A stretch of DNA of 64,000 nt from Candidatus Omnitrophota bacterium (GCA_020632515.1 JACKFK010000007.1:13323-77322), one strand, 5' to 3'. Positions 1 to 10,464 are shown, counted from the first letter of the stretch. Translations and numbers: made by a program. The notes: a model not told the origin generated them from the letters alone.

Positions 1-236
1 TTACGCGCCGACTCTTTTAAAGCCTCTTGTGTTGTTTTCTTAACGAAATTTTCCCGACATTCTTCCTTTGTGTTTCCAGCAACACATTCATCAAGCTGCA
101 TATATTTCTTTGTTGGTCGCGTTCCACTAACTCCATTTTGATTCGAGAAAGCGCTTGCGCAAAACACAAATAAAAAAACACTTTGTAACACAAAAACTCT
201 ACCCATAAATACAGTTCTAAAATTACAGCCTTTCAT
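1..236 (-). CDS. small secreted protein; 3' end runs off the window (not in the ORF track)
   Basis: ATG at 236 with GGGAG about 8 nt upstream. The translation MKGCNFRTVFMGRVFVLQSVFLFVFCASAFSNQNG... has a signal-peptide-like core. The frame stays open to position 1. Confidence 0.4.
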   Translation of the reverse strand, partial: MKGCNFRTVFMGRVFVLQSVFLFVFCASAFSNQNGVSGTRPTKKYMQLDECVAGNTKEECRENFVKKTTQEALKESAR

Positions 237-537
237 ATCAATTCTCCCTTAAATAGTCAAATTTTCTTAAACCTAACAATCATTTAATAATGATATATGA
301 TTTGGTGAGATTTATTGAGGTAAGTATGCCTGAAAATTAAGAAAATGCAAGATGACAATCCCGGACAAACAGCGACTTTCCTAGACAAGCCAAATAACAA
401 TATTATATTCATATCTATTTTAAAAACATATATTTAAGAAAAAACAATAGAAAGTTATAGTAATAAATATTTGATCATATGATCATAAATTACAGATGAT
501 ATTCGTTTACTTTTGTAGAAATAAGTTCAGAAAGAAT

Positions 538-2172
538 TTATTGAATGACTTTAAGGTAGGGAGTGTAAATATCAAACTTTTGGCTAAGCCGTTTGATTTC
601 TTCAATGATAGCGGTATTATCTTGATTATCGGCAATCTGCCCAATGAGATAATAAATTTTATTGAACGCCCAATTCTTAGCAATATGTTCATCGCCTGTA
701 CGGGCCTTTTGCAACGCCCCTTCAATAATAAATTCACTTTTCTCTGTGGTAAGATCCCCTAACAACTGCAGGACAAATTGATTTTCCTGATCATATTTTC
801 CATAAATCGTAAATTCCGCGTTTCTGAAAAAATCAGGCAGTGTTTTAGGAAAGATATCCTCCGGATTCAAGCCGCTCATCCGGTAATTTAGATTGGTAAT
901 AAATGGATTTTTGATTTTCTCATACATATTTGCAATGTGTTTTCCTATTAAATGCGAACGATACGAGTATTCTGTCCAACCGCGATTTTTGTAAGTAATA
1001 AAATCTAATAAATATCTGTTAACCTTCAAGCCTCCGCTGAAGGCAAAAATAGATGCGCGGCCGTTATTCATGCGTGAGATTTCGTTAATAATTTTACGCG
1101 AGTCTGTCACTCCCTGTGTGGCGCGGCCATCACTAAAAAGAATAATATAGGCTGGTGAAATTAGATTCTTCTCTTTAATACTGTCATATAAAGCTGTGTA
1201 GGTATCTGTCTTATTTCCTGCTGTTAAATTATCGATAAATCGTAAAGCTTCTTCGATATTTTTTTGCGTCGGCTTAACGGAAACCTTACGAAACTTTAAT
1301 GTCTTTTCTTTAAAAGCTAAAATGTTGAAATAATCTCCTTCATTTAAATTCTTTAAACTATATTCCATTCCTTCTTTAAATTGTTCTAGTCGTTCATCTT
1401 TAATACTCAAAGAACAATCAACTAAGAATATCAATTCTTTTTTAAAAGCTTCTAACTCCTCAACATCTCTGCCCACACGGATACTGATTTTAAAGTATTT
1501 CTGCTTATCTTCTTTATCCTCATAGGTAGAAATATTAGTAACAAGATATTCTTTCAAATCAACGAGACTTGTTTTTCGTTGTAATACCGGCAAATAATCT
1601 GAATAATCAAAATCTCCCCCATCTTCATACATATCAAAAACATCTTCGGTGTGCTTTGGCGTGAACCCTGGCATTTTTTCAACAAATTCTTCTGGCAGTT
1701 TAGATTGATCTAAAAGATCATCTAAATTGGCAATTTCTTTAGCGGTTTCCGGATTAGCCACCGTCACCATTTCTTTACGGGTATCGCGTTTAAATCGGGG
1801 TTTCAGTATTTGAGCATCATCAATATTCTTAGCTAAAAGATCTTGTTTATTTAAATCAATAGGTTCAACCAAATCTTGATCAACCGGGATATCATTAGAC
1901 TTTTTAATCGCCTCATCTTTAATATAATTATTGATTAGTTGTTGATATTGAGGATTTTCGAATTTTAAAACTTTGGAAGATTCCGATTGCGATTGATTCT
2001 TTTTCCGTCGGGCTAGTGCCTGAGAGCGAATATTCTTTACCTGAAACACTTTCCGTTTAGTCAGCTGTTCTTCAACCCCCTCTAATTTTACTTCGGTTGT
2101 AACAGCAAAGAAAATGAGATGGATCGCAATGGATATCCCTATTGATATGCTCAAACGCTTATCAAGTCGCAT
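538..2172 (-). CDS. membrane-anchored von Willebrand factor A (vWA) domain protein with a TonB-like N-terminal anchor
   Basis: Single N-terminal TM (SISIGISIAIHLIFFAV, with Ser-x3-His), a charged linker, and a C-terminal vWA domain with a DxSxS MIDAS motif (LVDCSLS ... SDG). Overlaps the upstream TPR gene by 11 nt. Confidence 0.8.
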   Translation of the reverse strand: MRLDKRLSISIGISIAIHLIFFAVTTEVKLEGVEEQLTKRKVFQVKNIRSQALARRKKNQSQSESSKVLKFENPQYQQLINNYIKDEAIKKSNDIPVDQDLVEPIDLNKQDLLAKNIDDAQILKPRFKRDTRKEMVTVANPETAKEIANLDDLLDQSKLPEEFVEKMPGFTPKHTEDVFDMYEDGGDFDYSDYLPVLQRKTSLVDLKEYLVTNISTYEDKEDKQKYFKISIRVGRDVEELEAFKKELIFLVDCSLSIKDERLEQFKEGMEYSLKNLNEGDYFNILAFKEKTLKFRKVSVKPTQKNIEEALRFIDNLTAGNKTDTYTALYDSIKEKNLISPAYIILFSDGRATQGVTDSRKIINEISRMNNGRASIFAFSGGLKVNRYLLDFITYKNRGWTEYSYRSHLIGKHIANMYEKIKNPFITNLNYRMSGLNPEDIFPKTLPDFFRNAEFTIYGKYDQENQFVLQLLGDLTTEKSEFIIEGALQKARTGDEHIAKNWAFNKIYYLIGQIADNQDNTAIIEEIKRLSQKFDIYTPYLKVIQ

Positions 2173-4546
2173 TATTTTCCCTCAACCGTTGCTGCGCTTT
2201 TTCAAAAACATGACTATGTTGATATCTCTTAGTAATTTCTTCATAAACTTTTAATGCCTCGTCTTTTTTTTGCAACTGCTCAAATATCATCCCCGCCCGA
2301 TAAAGTGATTCTGGACAATAGAAGCTGTCTTCGTAGAGAACAGCCACTACCATATAAAATTTAGCCGCCTCTTCTAAGTTATTCTTTAATTTCTCAATAT
2401 TTCCTAATTCGAATCTGGCGCGCATAGTAATTGTCGCGTCGTCCGCATGATCAAGCAATGCGGCTTCAAACTCAGCTTTAGCTTCGTCCAATTTATTCTT
2501 TTCGATTAAACATAACCCTTTTCCGATATGGGAAGCGCCAGCATAAGTATCCCGTTCTAAGATCGACAAAACGTTATCATAATATTCCAATGCTTTATCA
2601 TAATTCTCTGTCCCCCGAAACGCTTCTGCTTTAAAAAACGCAATTTTATCAATCTCTTGAGCACTATCATCGCGTAAAACCGCATCTTTAAGGATTCTTA
2701 ACACATCTTCATATCTTTGTTTAGCCAAATATTCTTCGGCAATCCAAACATAAGTTTCAACCTCCAAATCATTTTCATTAAACTGTGTCACTAATTCATC
2801 AAAAATCTTTGCGGCTGCCTCTTCTTCTTTTCGTTTCATATGAATTAGCGCTGTATTCTTTAACGCGGAGTAATACAACTTCGTATCATTTTTATTTTCC
2901 AAAATCTTTTTGTACCGCTCAATCGCTTCATCATAACGCTCCATGCTTTGAAGGTTATATCCTAATAAAAATAACGCCTCCTGATATTTAGGGCTTTGTG
3001 GATATTTCTCTATAAATTGATTTAACCGTTGAAAAGATTTATCAAATTGATTAACTTTCTGATACAAAGTACTCACATAAAACAAAACATTTTCTTTCTG
3101 CATATTGTCGTCTGGCATTGATAAATACTCTTCACATAAAGGGATAGTCTCTTGAAACTTCTCTAATTTTATTCCAATAATAATTGCGTTATACAGGGCT
3201 TCAATTTGCTTAACCGTATTCTTCCCGTCTTTAGAAAACTGAACAAATAAATCAAAAGCCTTTTGACCATCCCCTTTAGAATTCTGTGCATGCGCCATAC
3301 CGTAAAGCGCTTCACTATAATATTCAGAGTCTTTAGATCCTTGAATCACTTTATTATAAAGTTCAAAAGCTTGATCATTTTGCCCCAACCCATAATTGGC
3401 CTCCGCTAACAAAAACTGAAAATGATCCTGATTTTCTTGAGCTTGCTTTAATAAAGCAGGATCTATTTTTAAAATCTCCTCGAACTTCTTAGCTTTCAGC
3501 AATATTTCTAATTTACGTAAAAGTGCTTTATCGTACTGTTGCGGCGTCAATTCCGCAAAAGCAAGCACTTCATCTAAGTCTTTCGTCGCTGCATCAAAAA
3601 TATTTAATTGCGCGTGCGCGTTAGCTTTCGCATAATGAACATCAAAGAATGTCTTGTCATTTTTAATCAAAAACTTATATTCTTCAAATACGTTCAGCAG
3701 TTCCTGATATTGCGCAGTATTGTAAAGTGCTAAAACTAAATTCGCCAAAGCCTCACTAGCTAAATTCTCTTTTTTATATTCCTTAAGATACATCCGAAAA
3801 ATATCTGCACTACCTTTATAATCTTTGAGAATAAAAGCCATCTCTCCTTCTTTAAATAGACTCAAGGCTTTTAAAGAAACATCCTCCGCTATAGCCGCAG
3901 CTTTCTCAAAATAAATTTTAGCTTCACCAAAATTCTTATCTTCAGCAAACATTTCCGCCATTTCGATAAACGCATAAGAAGCATTTTTCTTATTCTCAAG
4001 GTTAGCAGCTTTTTCTAAAAATTCTTTAGATTTGGTTTGATCTTTTTTAGCGCGATACGTTTTTCCGATATAAAGAAAAAGAATTTGTGGAAATTCGCCT
4101 TCCAGTTGTTGCGCCGGAACAGACAACAGTTTTGCCAGGGCTTCATCATATTTCTGCAAAGAATAAAACGCTTGGCCGATCCGAAGTTCCGCGACTAATT
4201 TCTTTTTATTATCAGGATATAACTCGATGAACCGCTGATACCCATCCATAGCGGCCTGAAAATCTTCAGCAAAAAAGTGAGCCTCTCCCACGCCAAAAAA
4301 TGATTCGTTAAGATATGGACTTTCCGGGAATGTTTGAATATACTTTTCATACTCTTTAACGGCCATGTCGTAGAAACCACGCTGCAGCAAACCGTTGGCA
4401 AAATCAATTTGTTCCACTTCTTTTGAGTTTGAATCTTTAACCGTCGCATCTGAAGAAATTGTTTCCTGCGCTTGCAGAGGAAATCCTATCAAAAGGCAAA
4501 TGACAAGATTAAATACTAAAATTGTAATAATATTCTTATTTTTCAT
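2162..4546 (-). CDS. exported tetratricopeptide-repeat (TPR) protein
   Basis: Signal peptide (MKNKNIITILVFNLVICLLIGFPLQA), then many TPR-like A/Y/F-rich helical repeats over 794 aa. Confidence 0.8.
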   Translation of the reverse strand: MKNKNIITILVFNLVICLLIGFPLQAQETISSDATVKDSNSKEVEQIDFANGLLQRGFYDMAVKEYEKYIQTFPESPYLNESFFGVGEAHFFAEDFQAAMDGYQRFIELYPDNKKKLVAELRIGQAFYSLQKYDEALAKLLSVPAQQLEGEFPQILFLYIGKTYRAKKDQTKSKEFLEKAANLENKKNASYAFIEMAEMFAEDKNFGEAKIYFEKAAAIAEDVSLKALSLFKEGEMAFILKDYKGSADIFRMYLKEYKKENLASEALANLVLALYNTAQYQELLNVFEEYKFLIKNDKTFFDVHYAKANAHAQLNIFDAATKDLDEVLAFAELTPQQYDKALLRKLEILLKAKKFEEILKIDPALLKQAQENQDHFQFLLAEANYGLGQNDQAFELYNKVIQGSKDSEYYSEALYGMAHAQNSKGDGQKAFDLFVQFSKDGKNTVKQIEALYNAIIIGIKLEKFQETIPLCEEYLSMPDDNMQKENVLFYVSTLYQKVNQFDKSFQRLNQFIEKYPQSPKYQEALFLLGYNLQSMERYDEAIERYKKILENKNDTKLYYSALKNTALIHMKRKEEEAAAKIFDELVTQFNENDLEVETYVWIAEEYLAKQRYEDVLRILKDAVLRDDSAQEIDKIAFFKAEAFRGTENYDKALEYYDNVLSILERDTYAGASHIGKGLCLIEKNKLDEAKAEFEAALLDHADDATITMRARFELGNIEKLKNNLEEAAKFYMVVAVLYEDSFYCPESLYRAGMIFEQLQKKDEALKVYEEITKRYQHSHVFEKAQQRLRENNAT

Positions 4547-4563
4547 TATATAAAAAATTTTGG

Positions 4564-4983
4564 TTATTCATCCTTCATGGTGGAAATAGAAATATCCCAA
4601 ATCTGCGCTTTGGCACAGGCATCTAACACTTTTACAACTTGTTTATGATAGGTGCTTTCATCGGCGCGAATAATAACCGGCTGATTCGGGAATAATACAG
4701 AAACTTTCTGAAGCATTGTGGCAAGATCGTCAAAGGATAGTTTTTTCTGATTAACAAAAACATCCCCTTCTTTAGTGACATTAATAATAATTTCACCGGG
4801 ACTGCGAACCGCCTGTTTAGATTCTGAAGCTTTTGGAACGCTGATGCTTAACTCTGATTCCATCTGCGCAAAAATAGACAATGTCATAAAGAAAATCAAA
4901 ATTAAAAAAATAATATCAATAAGCGGCGCCATTTGAACCACGGGCCCTTGTCTGTGTTCTTCTGGAATAGATAATCTAACCAT
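4564..4983 (-). CDS. exbD: biopolymer transport protein ExbD/TolR
   Basis: 139 aa. N-terminal TM (PLIDIIFLILIFFM) followed by a periplasmic domain, typical of ExbD/TolR. Adjacent to the ExbB-like gene. Confidence 0.8.
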   Translation of the reverse strand: MVRLSIPEEHRQGPVVQMAPLIDIIFLILIFFMTLSIFAQMESELSISVPKASESKQAVRSPGEIIINVTKEGDVFVNQKKLSFDDLATMLQKVSVLFPNQPVIIRADESTYHKQVVKVLDACAKAQIWDISISTMKDE

Positions 4984-5002
4984 GAGATTCCCAACCTTTC
5001 CT

Positions 5003-5764
5003 CTAATTTTTTGTTTCTTCTATAACCTTAATCACATCTGTCGTGTAACTTTCGACAGCGTTGGAAATATCTTGAACTTTGCCTTTAAAATACGAATAGA
5101 AAAGCATTGCCGGAATTGCGACAATCAATCCTCCTGCCGTCGTCACCATCGCCTTGGAAACACCTCCAGCTAATAAAATTGGTTTAACAACAGCTGTTTG
5201 AAACGCAATCACATTAAACGCCTGAATCATCCCTAAAACTGTTCCTAATAATCCGATTAACGGCGCGACCGTTGCCACGTCGGCCAAATAACTAATCCCT
5301 TGCCATAACATACCGACTTCTTTACGCGCGGCAACTTCAATGGATTCACGGACGAGTAACGGACCTTTTTGCTTTTTATCTAATCCCGCAAGGATGATTG
5401 TTGAAATCATATTCTTTTCATTCTGACATTTATTACTAACTAAATTAAATTTACCTTTTTCAAGTTCAGGAAGAATTTGTTCAAAAAAAGCCCGTGGAGC
5501 CAGTTTTTGAACATTTAAGTTCATAAAATTAAAAATAATCATGGTAATCGCTACAACCGATAATGCCGCCAGAACAATCATAATAAATCCGCCTGAAGCT
5601 ATCATCTGCCAAAGAGTCATCCCTTCTTTGGCTTGTTCAACTGTATCAATATATTCCTTTAATTGCGGATCAGCCGAACTAATTCCCTGAAAAACAAATA
5701 ATCCCACCAACGATAAAACTAAAACTGAAAGTATAAAATATTTTTTTATCCTAGTCCCTTGCAT
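5003..5764 (-). CDS. exbB: MotA/TolQ/ExbB proton-channel protein
   Basis: Conserved C-terminal TM pair and motif (PLIGLLGTVLGMIQAF ... GGVSKAMVTTAGGLIVAIPA). Confidence 0.8.
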   Translation of the reverse strand: MQGTRIKKYFILSVLVLSLVGLFVFQGISSADPQLKEYIDTVEQAKEGMTLWQMIASGGFIMIVLAALSVVAITMIIFNFMNLNVQKLAPRAFFEQILPELEKGKFNLVSNKCQNEKNMISTIILAGLDKKQKGPLLVRESIEVAARKEVGMLWQGISYLADVATVAPLIGLLGTVLGMIQAFNVIAFQTAVVKPILLAGGVSKAMVTTAGGLIVAIPAMLFYSYFKGKVQDISNAVESYTTDVIKVIEETKN

Positions 5765-5939
5765 AAACTCTCCCCTTTTCCTAAATAAAGTATTTTTAAA
5801 TTGTATAAATGGATAGTAGATTTATTTGTAGTAGTTTAATGATGGTATTTTATGTCAGCCTTATCAAAAATGCCACATTTTATTTAAATAAGTCTACACG
5901 AATAAAACATCATTCTTTTCACTTTCTTAGAAGATATTT

Positions 5940-6800
5940 TTAAGCTAACACGATCAAAACAACACCAAACACCATTAAACATACTCCAAATAATCGCTGT
6001 CTAAAACCTTCTTCCTTTAATATTATCAATCCATAAAGGGATGACATAATCGCGCTTGATCTTTTAACCGCAATCAAATAAGGCACAAGCGTTAAAGAAA
6101 TCGCCTGCATCTGACATAAAAACGCAATTGCGTTACAAATTCCGATTAGAATCAATCCACTGCCTCCAGCCGCTATTTCCTTTCGGATATCTTTAACTTT
6201 AAAAAATATAAATATAGAAAAAATAATAGCCACTAAAGTATAAATTGTCGCAGCCCACATCACCGGCGAAGAATTTCGAACACCAATCTTATCAATGTTC
6301 GCGGATATACTGAATAAAAGAGCGACAACCAGCATGTAACGCGGTCCTTTTTCTTTAAAAAGATGTTGAAAGGGTTCCCACAAAGATTTGCTGTTTCTAG
6401 AAAACTTTAGAAGATATCCGCCAACAACAATCAACACCACACCTAAGAATCCTGTTAATTTCGGAAATTCATGCAGCATAAGCGGCGATGTAATCAATAA
6501 GAATACCGGTGTAAAGGTTAGAATCGGAATCGTCAAAGATAAATCTGAAGCTTCAATCGCTTTTGTGTAGAAAATTAATCCAAAGGAAAGAATAGTTGCT
6601 GAGGTTGCGGCGGCTGTAAAGAAATTATCCCCTAAAACAGGAACCCCTTGCTTCATCATCAATAAATATAAAAGAGGCAGAGAAAACATCATCCAGCCCC
6701 ATGTCACAACATAAACATTAATTTTACGGGAAACTTCTTTTATAAGAATATCATGGAAAAACGTGAATAAAGCTGTTAAGAATGCATAAATAAGCCACAT
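5940..6800 (-). CDS. EamA/DMT-family transporter
   Basis: 286 aa with about 10 TM segments; duplicated EamA-like halves. Confidence 0.75.
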   Translation of the reverse strand: MWLIYAFLTALFTFFHDILIKEVSRKINVYVVTWGWMMFSLPLLYLLMMKQGVPVLGDNFFTAAATSATILSFGLIFYTKAIEASDLSLTIPILTFTPVFLLITSPLMLHEFPKLTGFLGVVLIVVGGYLLKFSRNSKSLWEPFQHLFKEKGPRYMLVVALLFSISANIDKIGVRNSSPVMWAATIYTLVAIIFSIFIFFKVKDIRKEIAAGGSGLILIGICNAIAFLCQMQAISLTLVPYLIAVKRSSAIMSSLYGLIILKEEGFRQRLFGVCLMVFGVVLIVLA

Positions 6801-6923
6801 TAGATTTTACAAACAAGATTAAAATAAATTATATTACTTCCGTCTAAATTTTTTGTATTATATATTATCTATAACCACTTTGAAGCTTTTTATTTTAATT
6901 CTTGGATACCATTAGGAGACATT

Positions 6924-7793
6924 ATGCCAAAGAAGACGCCCCCGGAAAAACAGTCAAAAAACACTATTAAAGCGTACAACAATTATGAATTCTTAAATAG
7001 CCCCGCCGCACGCAATATCCGCATCTTGGCAGAAATGATGGAACCGCAAGAGCGTCTTCGCCATCACAATATTCGTAATACTGTTGTTTTCTTCGGTTCT
7101 GCCCGCATTAATTCACAAAAAGAGACTAAAAAAAAACTCTTAGACTTACAGCAAAAAGCAAAAACTTTAAATAAAGTTTCTCCTCAACTGAACAAACAGC
7201 TGCAGCAAGCTCAGCATGATTATCATATGTCAAAATATTATGAAGATGCCGTGAAACTGGCGGAAAAATTAACGCTTTGGTTTCAAGAGTTATATAAAAA
7301 CCATCACAATACAAATTGCCATTTCACCATTTGCTCAGGAGGCGGCCCTGGTATCATGGAAGCTGCTAACCGTGGGGCAAAAAAAGCTAAAGGCCCATCT
7401 ATCGGACTTAATATCAGCCTGCCTATGGAACAAAATCCTAACATTTACCAATCCGCTGACATTTCATTTGAATTCCATTACTTTTTTATCCGAAAATTCT
7501 GGTTCTTTTATCTCGCCAAAGCCTTGGTTATTTTTCCTGGGGGCTTTGGAACTTTTGACGAATTATTCGAATTATTAACACTAACGCAAACAAAGAAGTC
7601 TAAAAAATATATGCCAATTGTGATTTACGGACGAGAGTATTGGGAAAAAGTTGTTAATTTTAAAGAAATGGTAAAATGGGGAACCATTTCTTCTGAAGAT
7701 TTAAAACTATTTAAATTTTGTGATGATATTGAAGAAACTTTTAAATATTTAAAATCAGAGCTTACAAAACACTACATTAATAAATATCTTTGA
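6924..7793 (+). CDS. LOG-family (TIGR00730-type) nucleotide nucleosidase-like protein
   Basis: Motifs GGGPGIMEAANRGA and PGGFGTFDELFE. Confidence 0.75.
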   Translation: MPKKTPPEKQSKNTIKAYNNYEFLNSPAARNIRILAEMMEPQERLRHHNIRNTVVFFGSARINSQKETKKKLLDLQQKAKTLNKVSPQLNKQLQQAQHDYHMSKYYEDAVKLAEKLTLWFQELYKNHHNTNCHFTICSGGGPGIMEAANRGAKKAKGPSIGLNISLPMEQNPNIYQSADISFEFHYFFIRKFWFFYLAKALVIFPGGFGTFDELFELLTLTQTKKSKKYMPIVIYGREYWEKVVNFKEMVKWGTISSEDLKLFKFCDDIEETFKYLKSELTKHYINKYL

Positions 7794-7838
7794 TAATAAC
7801 GCTACTGCCTCTCATCATCTTATATATTGTTAATTAAA

Positions 7839-7872
7839 ATAGAAGGACAGGCATTTTGCGCTGTCCTTCTAT
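7839..7872. terminator. bidirectional hairpin terminator between convergent genes
   Basis: ATAGAAGGACAG-GCATTTTGCG-CTGTCCTTCTAT, flanked by A/T runs. Lies between the LOG stop (7793) and the GST stop (7907). Confidence 0.6.
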
Positions 7873-7906
7873 TTCAATTATTAGCTGTTAAGTTATTTAC
7901 TGCAAA

Positions 7907-8554
7907 TTATTTCGCACTCATTGCAGCTAAAACATCCGCATAACTCTTATGACACTTGGTATAAAAGTCTTTTGCCTGCAAATCTTGACGCCACTTCACA
8001 AGATTTGTATACGGAGTTAAATCAATCTGACATGCTTCAGCCGGATCCACAGAAGCTAATAAGACAATATCCGCTAACGACATATTATCTCCGGCTAAAT
8101 ATTTACTTTTACCTAATTGCTGGTCAACTATCGGTAAGAATTGCGCTAAAAATTCAATCCCTGTTTTAAGCGAGTTTTCATCAACCTCCGCCCCAATTAC
8201 CGGCGCTAGGATTCGATTAAAAAGAACCCGCGTCATGGCAGCAGCGATGTGCAAAGAAGTAAAATCTATCCATTGTTCGACTTTAGCCCTTGCCTTTAAA
8301 TCCTTGGGATAATAAGCAGAATTATTTTTATCTGCAAGATATTTGATAATGGCATTACTTTCAAACAGAGAAAATCCATCATCATCGATTGCCGGAACCC
8401 GACCGACTGGATTTATCTTAACAAACCAATCTGCCTTTTGTTCTCCCTCCATCAAATTCATGCTTTTATATTCATACTCTAAACCAAGAGCGTTCGCTGT
8501 AAAACGCACCTTGTTACTGGGAACAGATAGCTCCATACCATAAACTTTTAACAT
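7907..8554 (-). CDS. glutathione S-transferase family protein
   Basis: GST N-terminal thioredoxin-like region (VRFTANALGLEYEY...NPVGRVPAIDDDGFSLFESNAIIKYL) plus a helical C-terminal domain. Confidence 0.8.
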   Translation of the reverse strand: MLKVYGMELSVPSNKVRFTANALGLEYEYKSMNLMEGEQKADWFVKINPVGRVPAIDDDGFSLFESNAIIKYLADKNNSAYYPKDLKARAKVEQWIDFTSLHIAAAMTRVLFNRILAPVIGAEVDENSLKTGIEFLAQFLPIVDQQLGKSKYLAGDNMSLADIVLLASVDPAEACQIDLTPYTNLVKWRQDLQAKDFYTKCHKSYADVLAAMSAK

Positions 8555-8645
8555 TTCCTTCTCCTTTTTTGTGATTGATTAATAAATGAAATCGACAGCA
8601 ATTAATGTACCATTTAGTACATGATAAGGCAAGTTTTTTTATCTT

Positions 8646-9245
8646 TTATTTCGCAAGAGACTTCAAATACGCCAAAGCCTGCTGAATTGAATTCTCAAAA
8701 ATATCACTTTCTCTATTAATCTTCGCCACAAGCAAACCACCCTGCATTACCGTAAAACAAAAATCAGCTAAAACATCTGGATCAACAGAATCTTTCAGCT
8801 CCCCCTTTACTTTCAACCCATGAAAAAATCGAGATAATGAGTTTCTGGTAAATTCGAATATTAATTTAATATCCTGACGAATTAAGTCTTGACCTGTAAC
8901 CAGTTCACTACCGATTGTTCCGATTGGACATCCTCGATCACAATTCATTGCCTTTTGCATTCCAACAAAATTATAAAACCAACGCTCTAAATCTTTCCAT
9001 GATTCTATTTTATTATTTATTGGCAATTCATTATTCTTTAACTGTCCGTAAAAAAACATCAGAACCGAATGGACCAAATCTTCTTTATTTTTAAAATAGT
9101 AATAAAACTGACTTTTCCCTGCTTGTGATTTTTCTAGGATTTCATCCACACTAGTCGCATTGACACCTTGCTTATGAAATAAATCAAAAGCCGTCTGGAT
9201 AATCTTTAAACGCGCTGGCTGGTTTTCTTTTTTAACTTTCACCAT
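8646..9245 (-). CDS. TetR/AcrR-family transcriptional regulator
   Basis: N-terminal HTH (RLKIIQTAFDLFHKQGVNATSVDEILEKSQAGKSQFYYYFKNKEDL). Confidence 0.85.
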   Translation of the reverse strand: MVKVKKENQPARLKIIQTAFDLFHKQGVNATSVDEILEKSQAGKSQFYYYFKNKEDLVHSVLMFFYGQLKNNELPINNKIESWKDLERWFYNFVGMQKAMNCDRGCPIGTIGSELVTGQDLIRQDIKLIFEFTRNSLSRFFHGLKVKGELKDSVDPDVLADFCFTVMQGGLLVAKINRESDIFENSIQQALAYLKSLAK

Positions 9246-9251
9246 GCTACA

Positions 9252-9271
9252 ATTGTACTATGTAGTTCAAT
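9252..9271. promoter_or_regulatory. imperfect 20-bp palindrome in the tetR / AI-2E divergent promoter region (candidate TetR operator)
   Basis: ATTGTACTAT|GTAGTTCAAT. A related ATGTAC-N6-GTACAT element lies at 8605-8622, upstream of the GST gene. Confidence 0.3.
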
Positions 9272-9370
9272 AATGTCAACACATACTGATGATCGTCCTT
9301 GACTTCCCCAACTTCCTTCGTTAAAATTCTACTATATTTTAATTTCAACCCATCTCATTTTCACCATTTT

Positions 9371-10390
9371 ATGAAAGCAACATCAACCGAAATCCGCATT
9401 CAAACTATTTGTCTTTTAATCCTATCAATCATTTCTGTTGCCCTAGGCCTTTTTCTGGTTCGACCCGTCATGATCCCGTTCACGCTGGCTCTCTTCTTTA
9501 CTTTTATGCTGGATCCTCTAATTGACATACAGCTAAAATATTTTAAAATCCCCCGCTTATTAGCGATTTTTACCACTTTAATTATCGGCTTTATCATCTT
9601 ATTAACTTTTCTCGCGCTGATTTCAACATCAATTCAACAGATGGCAACAAATTTTGATTCTTATCAAGATAAAGTGGAAAACCTTCTTCGAGATGGCGCC
9701 AATAACTTAAACCTTGAACGTTTCGGCATTAATCCCAAAGAACTTATTACCCCTTTTTTCTCCAATATTAATAAAAGTGTTGGTGGCATTGTCTTCGGGA
9801 CGATAAATACATTGGTTAAACTTCTTTCGCAAGGTATTCTGATTTTAATCTTTGTTATTTTTCTATTAATCGGCAAAAAAAAGAATATTTCTCCAAAAGA
9901 CAGCGTCTGGAAAGAAATCGAAATTCGTGTTAAACGCTATATTTCAACAAAATTTCTACTTTCAATGATTACAGGCATATTAGTCGGCGTCACTCTAAGT
10001 TTATTAAATATTGATCTTGCCTTAGTCTTTGGATTACTTGCTTTTTTATTGAACTTTATTCCAAGCATTGGTTCAATCATTGCAACGCTTCTACCTTTAC
10101 CCGTTGTCATTGTGAGCCCTGATATATCTTCATTTATCGCGATATCCGCTATTGCCATGCCGGGAATTATTCAATTTTCAATCGGCAATGTGATTGAACC
10201 TAAAATAATGGGGGATTCCCTTGATCTTCATCCCGTAGCAATTTTAATGGCCTTAATATTTTGGGGAATGATCTGGGGTCTTGTCGGCATGCTTTTAGCC
10301 GCTCCACTGACTGCAATTATGAAAATCATTTTTGAAAAAATCGAATACACCTCTCCTCTCGCCAATCTTCTCGCAGGACGCATTGAATAA
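9371..10390 (+). CDS. AI-2E family (PerM/YdiK-like) transporter
   Basis: Multi-TM protein with a C-terminal PLTAIMKIIFE-type motif. I place the start at the ATG at 9371; the track ORF begins at an upstream TTG (9299) that adds a non-membrane leader. Confidence 0.75.
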   Translation: MKATSTEIRIQTICLLILSIISVALGLFLVRPVMIPFTLALFFTFMLDPLIDIQLKYFKIPRLLAIFTTLIIGFIILLTFLALISTSIQQMATNFDSYQDKVENLLRDGANNLNLERFGINPKELITPFFSNINKSVGGIVFGTINTLVKLLSQGILILIFVIFLLIGKKKNISPKDSVWKEIEIRVKRYISTKFLLSMITGILVGVTLSLLNIDLALVFGLLAFLLNFIPSIGSIIATLLPLPVVIVSPDISSFIAISAIAMPGIIQFSIGNVIEPKIMGDSLDLHPVAILMALIFWGMIWGLVGMLLAAPLTAIMKIIFEKIEYTSPLANLLAGRIE

Positions 10391-10464
10391 AATATTTCAT
10401 TTTATTTTTTTCGAATTTATATTGTTTTTACCTTCATTCTCTTTAAAATGATTAATATAAAATT

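Noticed and set aside
472-485. Perfect 14-bp palindrome TGATCATATGATCA.
   Set aside because: It lies downstream of the vWA gene stop in AT-rich spacer DNA. It is built from self-complementary TGATCA/CATATG cores and has no nearby gene start to regulate, so I see no support for a function.
496-762. Track ORFs 496-762 (+) and 507-737 (-), at the 3' end of the vWA gene.
   Set aside because: They overlap the 544-aa vWA-domain gene, which has clear domain content. The short ORFs have no motifs and show AT-rich chance-ORF composition.
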